A DNA stretch of 64,000 nt from IMG/VR virus record IMGVR_UViG_3300025018_000098, positions 64,001 to 128,000 of that record. One strand, 5' to 3'. Source of the stretch: a virus. Below are positions 19,059 to 28,017 of this stretch, piece after piece. The notes under the pieces are model-generated. The model saw nothing but the letters and a program-made list of their open reading frames with translations. It was not told the origin of the DNA and did no database searches. A program made the position numbers and the translations under genes. Each line of letters starts with the position of its first letter. Position 1 is the first letter of the stretch.

Positions 19059-20478
19059 TCAGTAGGTACGCTCGAGGCCCGAGACAGCCGCTGCCGTGTT
19101 GGTTGTCGAGCGTGTCAGCGTGACTGTCGCGCGCGGCGCGTACTGCGCGCCTGTGAGGCCAATGGCGACCACCACAACGTCAGCGTCTGTCCCCGGAGTA
19201 CGTCCTCCCTGCGCGTTCCCATCGTAGTCGAAGGTGTGTACGATGGACGTAGCCCCCGAGACGTTCCCGGCCATTGGGTTCGAGTCGAAGTCTTCCACGA
19301 TCTGCGCCCCGGCTTCTCCAAAGTCGTTACCCGCACCAGGTAGCGTTGCGAAGTAGACCCAGTACTTCGCCGCGGCATCAGCCACCAGGTTTGCGCCAAA
19401 GCTGATGGTGAGGGTCGCGACGTACGGGTTGACACGCTCTGCGCCAGTGTTGTCCGTGACGACTATACGGTTCGTGTCCGCGGTGACGTAGTTGTCTACA
19501 AATACACCACCACCACCGCCGGAGAGATTCGTCGTCAGCGTCGTGTAGAGGACATCACCCACAAATAGCGACAATGCCGCGGCGGTCTCGCCGATGACCG
19601 TCCCTGCACCAGCGTCGATGTCCACGGTTTGGCGCAACGACCACTGCATGAACTCGTAGATCTCTTCTACGGTGGCACCGTTGCCCTCAACGATGACACC
19701 GAAGTTGTAGGAGACGCCCCCCACAAAACGCGCCTGTGGCGCTGCGTAGTACGTGATGGACATGCCCGAGTACGGCGCAACATCAGCTACGCCGTTCGAG
19801 TCGGCGTCGATCTGCACATCTGTATGTGTGATTCGGGCATCCGCACGTGTCGTCAGTGGGAATCGGTAAACCTGCCCCCGCCAGTGAGGTCACGCCGATG
19901 TCAGTCAGGTCCGACGCAGAGTAGGTGTCTCCTTGCTGTCGCGCGTAGAGATTCAGCGCGCCGCGTAGGTCGTAGCCATCGCCGTAGGCCCCGTCACCAT
20001 TTGGGTCGCTCAGGATCTGGATGGCCTGGTCGACTGAGCCTGTCAGGGCAAAGTCCGTGGCTGATCCCCCGGCCTGTAGGTAGTAGACCTGGGTCCCCGG
20101 CTCGAGCGCACCGAGCGTGATGATTCCAGCCCACTGCTGCGTCACGTTGCCCGAGGTGTCCCGCACCGTCCAGCCCGCGCGCCGCACAAGCTCGCGTGTC
20201 GCGTCGGAGTCCCAGTCCCACCCGTCCACGAGCTCAAAGCTCTCGTCGCCGAGGGGCTCAAAGGGGAACGGGAACGCAGCCAGGTTCTTGGTCAGCGGGT
20301 CGTCGTGCCACTGTTCCTTGAGGAACGAGTAGACCGCCCGGCCCGTGACGCCATCCGTGGACAGAGCCCCGGAGATGTTGAGCTTGATCCTCAGGGTGGA
20401 CGTGTTGATGAACACCTCCTGTGAAGAGTCGTCGGCGAGGGAGTCCGCGAGATCGTCAGGGTCAATGATGAGCGCCAT
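19059..20478 (-). CDS. Structural protein (~472 aa) split by a +1 frameshift at a G5 run
   Basis: Removing one G at 19875-19879 joins ...GVTSLAG to QVYRFPLTTRADARITHTDVQIDAD..., merging the two ORF-track entries. Confidence 0.65.
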
Positions 20479-20484
20479 GCGGCC

Positions 20485-20493
20485 AGTCTACCA
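20485..20493 (-). promoter_or_regulatory. Class L promoter: TGG-TAGACT, 6 nt before ATG 20478
   Basis: Minus strand reads TGGTAGACT GGCCGC ATG. Confidence 0.7.
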
Positions 20494-20516
20494 TTGTGGC
20501 GCCATATTGGGGATCC

Positions 20517-20954
20517 CTAGCGAACGGAGAGCGCCCCCGGCGTAGGGTACTCAACAAGTAGGTCCCTGCCCGTAGTAGAGATAGGTGCCACGAACCCCAA
20601 GTGAGCCACAAGAGGATCATTGCCTGGGGTTGTGTCATCCCCACCAACCTGTCGGTAGAGGATAGCTCCAGCAGGAGTCACGCCGGACAGGGCCGGGAAG
20701 AGGGTGCTGGCTGCACGGAGTAGAGCTCGGTCCCCCATCAGGTCGATCGCGACCGTCCGACTTACCACGTCCTGTCGAGCGTACGTCCCGCCGACCACTT
20801 CGAACGCCAGGACATCAGCCACAGTCGTGTGAGCTGCATTGAAGATGTACCCAGCAGCCACAAGCATGCAGCGAAAGGTCCTCGAGCCGTCAGACCATCC
20901 AAGGGCGTCGGTAGCCAGGAGGTACTTCGCCTGTGTGTACACAGAGGATGCCAC
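20517..20954 (-). CDS. Virion structural protein (145 aa)
   Basis: The FRCMLV..GY.FNAAH...GGTYARQ pattern is common in phage tail and decoration proteins. Confidence 0.55.
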   Translation of the reverse strand: MASSVYTQAKYLLATDALGWSDGSRTFRCMLVAAGYIFNAAHTTVADVLAFEVVGGTYARQDVVSRTVAIDLMGDRALLRAASTLFPALSGVTPAGAILYRQVGGDDTTPGNDPLVAHLGFVAPISTTGRDLLVEYPTPGALSVR

Positions 20955-20963
20955 GGCAAAAAA

Positions 20964-21194
20964 TCAGAGCTCCCCGGCCAGGAAGCTGGTGATGTCGTCG
21001 GTGACCAGCACCTCAGCCTCGGCAGTGTTGCTTCGGCTGAGGCGATCACTCCCAGTTCGACCACGAAGGACACTCTTCATGAAGGTCACCTCGTCCTCGA
21101 GGCGGGTCTTCTCGTAGGTGTACCAAGAGTCGAGTGCCTCCTTGAGACGGTCGAGCTTAGCGTTTCGTGCGTCAATCTGGGATTGGGTAGCCAT
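20964..21194 (-). CDS. Hypothetical protein
   Basis: Coupled ORF (TGATG). Confidence 0.55.
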   Translation of the reverse strand: MATQSQIDARNAKLDRLKEALDSWYTYEKTRLEDEVTFMKSVLRGRTGSDRLSRSNTAEAEVLVTDDITSFLAGEL

Positions 21195-22003
21195 CAGGTC
21201 TTGTCCAGGTAGGGCTTGAGCTTCTCGAAGATCCTCGAGCGCACCCGGTAGACGCGGTCAGGCCTGAGGTCTGTCTTCTTCGCGACGGCGTTTGCATCGA
21301 AGTTCTTCTTCGACAGCTGTCCGCCCGGGTACATCGCCTGAAGGACCTTGTTCTCCTCTTCGTTGAGGATCGAAGGTGCCATCGAGATGATAGTCTTGAT
21401 CTGGCTAGGGGTCTGCAGGTCCATGTCACTGCGCGTGGGATCCATCCCCGTGTAGAGCTCACGTCGGATGCCCTTCTGCATCCGCTTGACCTGGTTGAGC
21501 CCCGCGTTGCCCGGCCACTGGAGGTGCGTCTGCAGCTCTTCTGGGGAGGGATCTCTTCCGTGAATGACCTTCAGCTCGTTGAAGGCGTTGTTATACTCCT
21601 GGTAGTTCTGTGTGTCGCTCTTGGACATGCGCGCGAAGTTACGACCCTTGGCCGCGTCCTCGCTGTACCGCTGGAACTGGGTGTACACGTGGGTCTTGAG
21701 CTTCGCCCCAGCCTCCGGGTTGTACGACTTGATGCCCTTCAGCATGTACTGACGCAGCTTGGCCTCCGTCGCCCCCGTGGGGAGTGCTCCGCCGTAGCCC
21801 GCGCTGTACCCCCTGGCCTTGGCCCTGACGAGCGGCTCCATGCTCGTCATCAAGGGGAGGAGATGTTTGTCTTGGCGCCCGTTCTGGTCCCACTTGTGCC
21901 AGAGGTCATGTTCCTTGCTCTCACGACCTTTGACCTCAGCGTACCGACCAGCACGGGCCGCCTGGTTGAACGCCTCGACACTGGCCTTCTTTTTCTTCGC
22001 CAT
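21194..22003 (-). CDS. Phage-encoded sigma-70-family RNA polymerase sigma factor
   Basis: Region 2 (MEPLVRAKARGY...GIKSYNPEAGAKLKTHV), region 3 (HGRDPSPEELQTHL) and region 4 HTH (LNEEENKVL...VAKKTDLRPDRVYRVRSRIFEKLK). Confidence 0.8.
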   Translation of the reverse strand: MAKKKKASVEAFNQAARAGRYAEVKGRESKEHDLWHKWDQNGRQDKHLLPLMTSMEPLVRAKARGYSAGYGGALPTGATEAKLRQYMLKGIKSYNPEAGAKLKTHVYTQFQRYSEDAAKGRNFARMSKSDTQNYQEYNNAFNELKVIHGRDPSPEELQTHLQWPGNAGLNQVKRMQKGIRRELYTGMDPTRSDMDLQTPSQIKTIISMAPSILNEEENKVLQAMYPGGQLSKKNFDANAVAKKTDLRPDRVYRVRSRIFEKLKPYLDKT

Positions 22004-22004
22004 C

Positions 22005-22436
22005 TCAGCTCTTGTTGCGATCCCGAAAGCGCCGAACAGCCCGCTGAGTCACCGCGGGAGACCCCGAGGTGCTTCGGACGTGCTCACCCAGGATCCGAGA
22101 CATGCTGTCGTTGTAGTCCCGAGTGGCGCCCGCGTACCCGTCGAGCGTGCGGTCAAGTGTGCCGTGCATGGTTTCATCGTGCTTGTGCGTGGTCGTGTCC
22201 GTGAACCCGTAGTCCGGGGCGAACCCCATGTCGGGCTTACCCTCCGGAGCATCAGGCGGATCCAGGGGTGCTGTCTCATTCTCGCCGGTAACGATGTCGT
22301 TGGTACCCAACTCTTGGGCCAGCTTGTGGCGTGCAAGAAGCAGCAGCGTAGGGCTCACGCTGCTGCTGTAGGCGATGTCTTCTGCGAACTTACGAATCAT
22401 GTTGACCTCCAGGTTGCTTATAGGCTCATTGAGCAT
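22005..22436 (-). CDS. Hypothetical protein
   Basis: ORF within the operon. Confidence 0.55.
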   Translation of the reverse strand: MLNEPISNLEVNMIRKFAEDIAYSSSVSPTLLLLARHKLAQELGTNDIVTGENETAPLDPPDAPEGKPDMGFAPDYGFTDTTTHKHDETMHGTLDRTLDGYAGATRDYNDSMSRILGEHVRSTSGSPAVTQRAVRRFRDRNKS

Positions 22437-22977
22437 CGCGTTTACGAAGAAGGTCTTCTTTGACGTCCTTCGCAGCTTCGCGGATCTTGTTTTGGGCAGC
22501 GTCCGTTTCGTGCTTGCCGATAGTCTTTGCTGCCGCGGAGAACGCCTCGTTGGCGAGGTCCTTACTTCCTATGGAGGTGACCTCCTGTGCCGCCCCGCTG
22601 ATCCTGCGGTTGAGGTTCCCTGGAGTGTCTATAAACCCACGTACCCCACGACTCAGAGACTTCTTCACGGGAGACCGCAGGGCATTCAACGCCGCCTCCT
22701 CTAGTGAGTTGCGGGGCTCGACCCTCTTCTTGACCTTGTTCGTAAACTCCTGAACCTGCGCCCGCTCGTCATCTAGGTCACGGATGTCGAAGGCAATCTT
22801 CCGCAGTTCGTCGGAGAAGCTGTGGAAGACACTCGCCTCCTTACGCTTATCGTGCACCGTCTGGCTCAAGAGTGTTGAGACATTGGTGCTGATCTTGCCC
22901 TTGCGTGACTTGGGCTTTTGGCTGCCGATGCTGAAGACCATGGGGGGAGTGTACCCCAACTCCCCAAGGTCGTACAC
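22426..22977 (-). CDS. Hypothetical protein with an FHSFSDELRKIA motif, possibly an internal virion protein
   Basis: ORF within the operon. The motif resembles that in 13310-13708. Confidence 0.55.
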   Translation of the reverse strand: MYDLGELGYTPPMVFSIGSQKPKSRKGKISTNVSTLLSQTVHDKRKEASVFHSFSDELRKIAFDIRDLDDERAQVQEFTNKVKKRVEPRNSLEEAALNALRSPVKKSLSRGVRGFIDTPGNLNRRISGAAQEVTSIGSKDLANEAFSAAAKTIGKHETDAAQNKIREAAKDVKEDLLRKRDAQ

Positions 22978-22979
22978 AA

Positions 22980-25900
22980 TCAGCCGAGTAGACCCCTGGA
23001 CGCCAGCAGCTGCTGCAGATAGCGGAACACCGCCAGGCGCTTCTCCTTGCGGGTGTCGAGCTTGCTCGAGATGGCCTCATCTCCCTCGGCCTCCCGCTGC
23101 CGACGCGGACTACTCGTCTCATCTGGGTCCGTTGTCCCCAAGCCAAGAATCTGTTGGGGGCGCCCCTCCACGTTCCGTACGAGCTGGCGTAGGTCGTCGA
23201 TATCCCCGAAGGCCCTCGAGTGGAAGCCCTCCACGCCACGTACTACCACCCCGTCATCGTTGATCTCGAGGTTGGTCGAGCCGAACATGTCATACATCGT
23301 GGCGATGGGGCGCCAGGTGTACGAGCGTAGGAAGTCGTCGATGTCGTAGCGGTTCGTACGGATGATAGAGTACGCCTTCACGAGCTCATCAATAGCGTGG
23401 TTGATGGTGCCTCGGGCCTCGATCTCTGCGATCGTCCGCTGGTCGATGGGGTCTGGGTCGCCCTCGCCGGAGGGAGGACCCACCGCGTCCCCGTGAATCT
23501 CCGTGGTGTTCGAGGTAGCCCCCTGGTTGGCGCTCGTGAGCCCCCGATCCGGGTTCGTGTCCTCGAACACGGTCTCTGTTCCATTCGGAGCTCGGATGAC
23601 CAAGGGATCTACGATGGCGCCTGTGCCGAAGAAGTAGCCGTACAGCCCGCCGATCTGATGGCTGCGGTAGTGGTCCCCGTACCAAGGTGGGTACACCAGG
23701 TCCTCCGGTGGGAGGTTCTGGAAGGTGCGCTCATACACTCCGATCCGCTCCTCAATCTGGTACGCGCTGAAGGTCACCGTGATGGACGTCGTAGTCCCGG
23801 TGGAGCCCGCCCCGGAGTCATCGGTGACTGTTGTGTGGCCCGCCTGCTGCGTGCCTACAGAGCCTACCATGGCCATGACCTCGACCCCCAAGCTGCCCGC
23901 GGCTACCTCCTGGCCCACAGGGACTCGAGTACCGCGGTGCCTTCGCCCGGACACGTACCCTCCCGGAGCCCACAGAGGTACGGTGCTGTCTGACGCGAAA
24001 CGCAGCGGAGCCGCCTCTGTAGGGCCCGGGGGGAGGGCAGCGGACCCTCGGACGGTTCTACGACGTGACGGGGCTCTCTGGCCCTCCCTGCGGCGCTGGT
24101 ACTGGTCCGTTACGTCAGTGACCGACAGGATCTCACCACCTGTGGGGCCTCGGTCTGTGAGGCTAGGCGGCGATGTCCAAGCCACGATGCTGGTGACCGT
24201 GCGCTCGTGAGTACGGGTGAACCGGCTGCCCCCCTGTTGTTCCGTATCCCCCAGGAACTCGGTCTTCTCGTTGGTGGTGCGGGAGTAGCCCATCTGAATG
24301 CTGGTGGTGCCCTGCCCGCCAGCAGCGAGGCTGTGTGTGATAGATGTAGGTGTGCCTAGATACTGCGTGTCAGGCTGGATATCGATGAGATCCCGGGCCA
24401 GTTGCAACGCTCGAGTGTTTACAGCTAGGGCATCTCGCTCACTACCCCCTGGGACGTCTCCATTGCTTGGGAAACCGCCCTCCCCCTCCATCTGAGCTCG
24501 GACGATGGTGCGGGCTGCCTCATACTCACCCGCAGTCAGCTCGGTGCGAGGCTTGTACTTGTCGATGACCACAGCCGGGAAGCCAAGGACGACGAACGGG
24601 TTGAACTTCCCGTCCACTGTCATCTGCCTCGTCTGGAAGCGACGCTGAAAGAAGATGTGGTTACACGCCAGCTGGGCGTAGCCCACGCGCACCCCGTTGA
24701 TCTCGATGGACCCGCCTCGGATGGCGTGGAGATTGAGATCGCTCATGCGCTGGAACTCGGGGATGATGCCCGAGTAGAGCTCGTGATCCATGAGGTCCCG
24801 AATGAACCACGCAGGGGCATCCGAAATATCTGGGCTGTTGCTTCCCACACGGCCCCGACCAAGGGAGCGTCCGGTGCGTGTTCCCAGAGCTCGGCTGGGC
24901 GCCATGTAGAACCCATCGAAGAACATGTCCGACCCGAAGAAGGCACTGTGGGTCCGAAGCATCAATCGCGTCGTCTCCTTCAGGTAGTCCCGAGAGTACG
25001 AGAACGAGTTGTAGAGCTCCGGAAAGATGACGTTACACCGAGGGGGTGCCACCATCCAGACATCCGGCCGCCAGATCTGCGTCAGAAGCCGTGGAGGCGG
25101 ATCCGGCTGAGACGTAGCCCTCTGCACGCGCTTTCGGTGGTTGGTCGCCAGCACGTGGTTCATGTCCGAAATGATCTGGGTGCACATACGAACCACGGCC
25201 TGTCCAGCCCGGCTGTCTGGCGGGTAGAACGTATTGGTAGTGACGTTGCGCTGCCCTCGGCGAGTGTTCTGGGTGATACCTTGGAAGTTCGTAGTGGTAG
25301 CTGCGAACTTCTGGCTCACCTCCGGTCCCGCGTCATAGATGCTCGAGAACTCCCCGGACGAAGAAGGATCAATGCCGACCCTCCGAGCTCGCGCTCCGGC
25401 GTTGTCAGATAGTCGCTGCAGAGATCGGAGCTCTCGCGCCAGCCCTCCCCGCTCTCGAGACAGCGCCCTAGCCGAGTCTGGGGTCGTAGCCGACTGTTGG
25501 CGCTCGAGTAGGTTCTGTGCCCGATCCTTGATCGTACTGGCTGCTCGAGCAAGGGGTCGGGTTGCTGCATCATCCTCCAGACTGACCGTCTCAAACTGAG
25601 GCAGATTGGGGTCCTGGGTGGACGGCACGAAATGGGGCGACGTGATGGGAATGATCTGGTGGAAGATGAACTGCTGCAGCGCGTTGAGCACCGCCCGGAT
25701 GGCTACCTGCTTGCCCAGCCCGGCCAGCTTGCGACTGAACAGCGATCCGAAGCCGTGTGCCCGCAGGAGCCGCCGCTCATCTTCCCCTGAGAATGGGTTG
25801 GCGCCAACCATCTGCGTGAGGTGTAGACGCATCTCCGCCAAGGAGAAGAAGTCGTTGGTCCCTCGCACCGCCCGAGTGCCGTAGTAAGTCCCACCGATGG

Positions 25901-26549
25901 CTTCGATGATGTGCATCAGGCCGCCCTGTAGCGTGCCTCGCAGCTGAGGGTATGAGCGGGGTGGCGTCGCAATCATCGAGAGGATGATGTCCCCGCTGCC
26001 GCGCAGGAAGGAGTTGAACACCGTGGTGGATGCCCCCGTGAACGCTGCCCGGATACCCCCACCGCCCATGGAGAAGCCGCTGACCTGGTACTGGAATGCG
26101 TAGTCCCAGTAGCTCGAGAAGTCGAGGCACTGCAAGATCATGGAGCGTTGGGTGGGGTTCTTCTGATGCTGAACACCTGTGATCTCGCCGCCGAAGAGCA
26201 GTCGCCAGTTCTTGCTCTCCTTGTCTTCGTTCTCCTGCTGCGGGGAGCTGTCGAAACGTACTGCAGGTAGGATGCTGTCGAGCTCAGGATCGCGATACTG
26301 GGAGTGGCTAACCGAGACCCCGTCGCCCGCGATTCGGGCTCGGCTCGTAGATGGTGCCCCGTGGTAGAAATCGTAGAAGAAGACGTGAACCAACGACCGG
26401 GGCTTGAACTCCAGCGCAGCATCCATCGGCAGGATCTGGATAGAGCACGCGGCAGGGGTGTCCGCCTGAGACACAACATTTGCAGCGACGATTGGGATCT
26501 CAACACCCTCAACGAAGAGGCGGAGCCGGAGCAGGTGGGCATTTGCCAT
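22980..26549 (-). CDS. Baseplate hub / tail-tip protein (1189 aa)
   Basis: LRLFVEGVEIP...ACSIQI...LLFGGEI...LQCLD and MTVDGKFNPFVVLGFPAVV are hub-like patterns. The gene lies three genes downstream of the tape measure. Confidence 0.6.
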   Translation of the reverse strand: MANAHLLRLRLFVEGVEIPIVAANVVSQADTPAACSIQILPMDAALEFKPRSLVHVFFYDFYHGAPSTSRARIAGDGVSVSHSQYRDPELDSILPAVRFDSSPQQENEDKESKNWRLLFGGEITGVQHQKNPTQRSMILQCLDFSSYWDYAFQYQVSGFSMGGGGIRAAFTGASTTVFNSFLRGSGDIILSMIATPPRSYPQLRGTLQGGLMHIIEAIGGTYYGTRAVRGTNDFFSLAEMRLHLTQMVGANPFSGEDERRLLRAHGFGSLFSRKLAGLGKQVAIRAVLNALQQFIFHQIIPITSPHFVPSTQDPNLPQFETVSLEDDAATRPLARAASTIKDRAQNLLERQQSATTPDSARALSRERGGLARELRSLQRLSDNAGARARRVGIDPSSSGEFSSIYDAGPEVSQKFAATTTNFQGITQNTRRGQRNVTTNTFYPPDSRAGQAVVRMCTQIISDMNHVLATNHRKRVQRATSQPDPPPRLLTQIWRPDVWMVAPPRCNVIFPELYNSFSYSRDYLKETTRLMLRTHSAFFGSDMFFDGFYMAPSRALGTRTGRSLGRGRVGSNSPDISDAPAWFIRDLMDHELYSGIIPEFQRMSDLNLHAIRGGSIEINGVRVGYAQLACNHIFFQRRFQTRQMTVDGKFNPFVVLGFPAVVIDKYKPRTELTAGEYEAARTIVRAQMEGEGGFPSNGDVPGGSERDALAVNTRALQLARDLIDIQPDTQYLGTPTSITHSLAAGGQGTTSIQMGYSRTTNEKTEFLGDTEQQGGSRFTRTHERTVTSIVAWTSPPSLTDRGPTGGEILSVTDVTDQYQRRREGQRAPSRRRTVRGSAALPPGPTEAAPLRFASDSTVPLWAPGGYVSGRRHRGTRVPVGQEVAAGSLGVEVMAMVGSVGTQQAGHTTVTDDSGAGSTGTTTSITVTFSAYQIEERIGVYERTFQNLPPEDLVYPPWYGDHYRSHQIGGLYGYFFGTGAIVDPLVIRAPNGTETVFEDTNPDRGLTSANQGATSNTTEIHGDAVGPPSGEGDPDPIDQRTIAEIEARGTINHAIDELVKAYSIIRTNRYDIDDFLRSYTWRPIATMYDMFGSTNLEINDDGVVVRGVEGFHSRAFGDIDDLRQLVRNVEGRPQQILGLGTTDPDETSSPRRQREAEGDEAISSKLDTRKEKRLAVFRYLQQLLASRGLLG

Positions 26550-26555
26550 GGCCGG

Positions 26556-26564
26556 AACTTACCA
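26556..26564 (-). promoter_or_regulatory. Class L promoter: TGG-TAAGTT, 6 nt before ATG 26549
   Basis: Minus strand reads TGGTAAGTT CCGGCC ATG. Confidence 0.65.
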
Positions 26565-26569
26565 CGCCA

Positions 26570-27790
26570 TCAGAGGATAGTGTTCAGGCCTTGCGTCGCT
26601 GGCTCAAGAACCCCGTCTGCCTGCCGAATCCCGAAGGAGCCGAAGACCTGCAGTCCTGCGAACCCCGCCCTGCCCAGGAGCAGGTAGTTCGTGCTGGGGG
26701 CGGTCACATCGATGCCCATCTCTGTGAGCTGTCGCCGGGCTTCCTGCTCGAGAGCCTCTGGAGACTGGAGCTCGAGGTGCTTCCGCACCCGGTCGAGCTC
26801 TTGCTTATCGTACCGAGCGGACCCGGGATCTCTCTCAACGTACTCGTCCTCGTTGGAGTGGTATGGGTACGGGTCCCCTGTGTGCCCAGGCAGAAAGGCT
26901 TGGTTCGTGACCGGCTTCGTCACGATCTGGTTACCAATGCCTTCTGTTGGGAAGCGGATCTGCCTGCCGTAGAAGGTGTTCTTGATGGTCTCCAAGGTCT
27001 TCTGGATCGAGAACGTCGCATCGTTCTTATACTCTGCAGCTGCAGCCAGGAAGCCGCTCAACCCACCGCCGCTACCTGCAGTGGTTGCGGCAGGGAGGCT
27101 CGCATTCTGGGACACCTTGGGACCCACACCCCCCTCCCCAGGCTTCGACGGCTGTGCGTTCGAAGACACCCCCTGGCGGGTGCGGAGCGGCTTATACACG
27201 GAACCCACGTCAGAGAGGATGGAGTAGTTGGTGACGAAGAACTGAAACTGCAGCAGCTGCTTGTACGGATCCGCTGATGTGCCCACCGTCTGTGAGTTCA
27301 TCATGTACCCTTCGGCGACTACGTCATCGAAGTAGATGTACATACGGGCACTAGCCTCGAGCAGCTTGGTGCCTCGGAAGATGTTCTCATAGTTGTGCCA
27401 CCACTCTGACTTCCAGTTGAAGTCGTTGGTGTTGAGAAGCAGCCCTTGAAAGTTGAGCATCCGGGGTGACTCGCCAAAGAAGAAGATGTAGTCCTCTCCG
27501 AAGGTCTCCACAATCTGTTGCCGCTCCGCCCGTTGCTCCGTCACGTTGGTGATGATGAAGTTGGCGTAGTGGTCCGAGATACCTGTACGCTCCCCTTCCC
27601 GCTGAGACGAGGAGGAGTTCACGATTGGGATGGCGTTCCCCTGACTGTCAATCACCTTCATGATGCAGTAGGTGTCCTCCTTGATCTCGATTCCGCGCAT
27701 GGGTCGGCGAATATTGAGGAGCTTAGGGTCCTCCCGGACCAGGGTGGCCTCATTGAACGCGGAGGTGGTGACGGAGATGAAGACAGCCAT
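26570..27790 (-). CDS. Tail tube initiator / distal-tail-like protein (406 aa)
   Basis: QIVETFGEDYIFFFGESPRMLNFQGLL is a tube-fold pattern. The gene follows the tape measure. Confidence 0.55.
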   Translation of the reverse strand: MAVFISVTTSAFNEATLVREDPKLLNIRRPMRGIEIKEDTYCIMKVIDSQGNAIPIVNSSSSQREGERTGISDHYANFIITNVTEQRAERQQIVETFGEDYIFFFGESPRMLNFQGLLLNTNDFNWKSEWWHNYENIFRGTKLLEASARMYIYFDDVVAEGYMMNSQTVGTSADPYKQLLQFQFFVTNYSILSDVGSVYKPLRTRQGVSSNAQPSKPGEGGVGPKVSQNASLPAATTAGSGGGLSGFLAAAAEYKNDATFSIQKTLETIKNTFYGRQIRFPTEGIGNQIVTKPVTNQAFLPGHTGDPYPYHSNEDEYVERDPGSARYDKQELDRVRKHLELQSPEALEQEARRQLTEMGIDVTAPSTNYLLLGRAGFAGLQVFGSFGIRQADGVLEPATQGLNTIL

Positions 27791-27796
27791 GGCGCA

Positions 27797-27805
27797 AGTC
27801 TACCT
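27797..27805 (-). promoter_or_regulatory. Class L promoter: AGG-TAGACT, 6 nt before ATG 27790
   Basis: Minus strand reads AGGTAGACT TGCGCC ATG. Confidence 0.65.
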
Positions 27806-28011
27806 CAGATGACCAAGCCCTGCTTGAGGATCCAATCCTTGATCTCCCGAGGGGTAGGCTCGGTGAGGTCCTCTCGAGTGACACGTCGATGAACCTCGGC
27901 TCGGATCAGAACGCCGTAGGCGTCTTCGACCCCTACTGTGTCGTACGCCTTGACGGTGGCCTGCCTTCCGGTGACCCCAAACTTGAGCTCTACCTCTGTT
28001 CGGTCTGCCAT
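27805..28011 (-). CDS. Small hypothetical protein (68 aa)
   Basis: GAGGA SD. Lies between the tape measure and the next tail gene. Confidence 0.55.
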   Translation of the reverse strand: MADRTEVELKFGVTGRQATVKAYDTVGVEDAYGVLIRAEVHRRVTREDLTEPTPREIKDWILKQGLVI

Positions 28012-28017
28012 ACTTCC

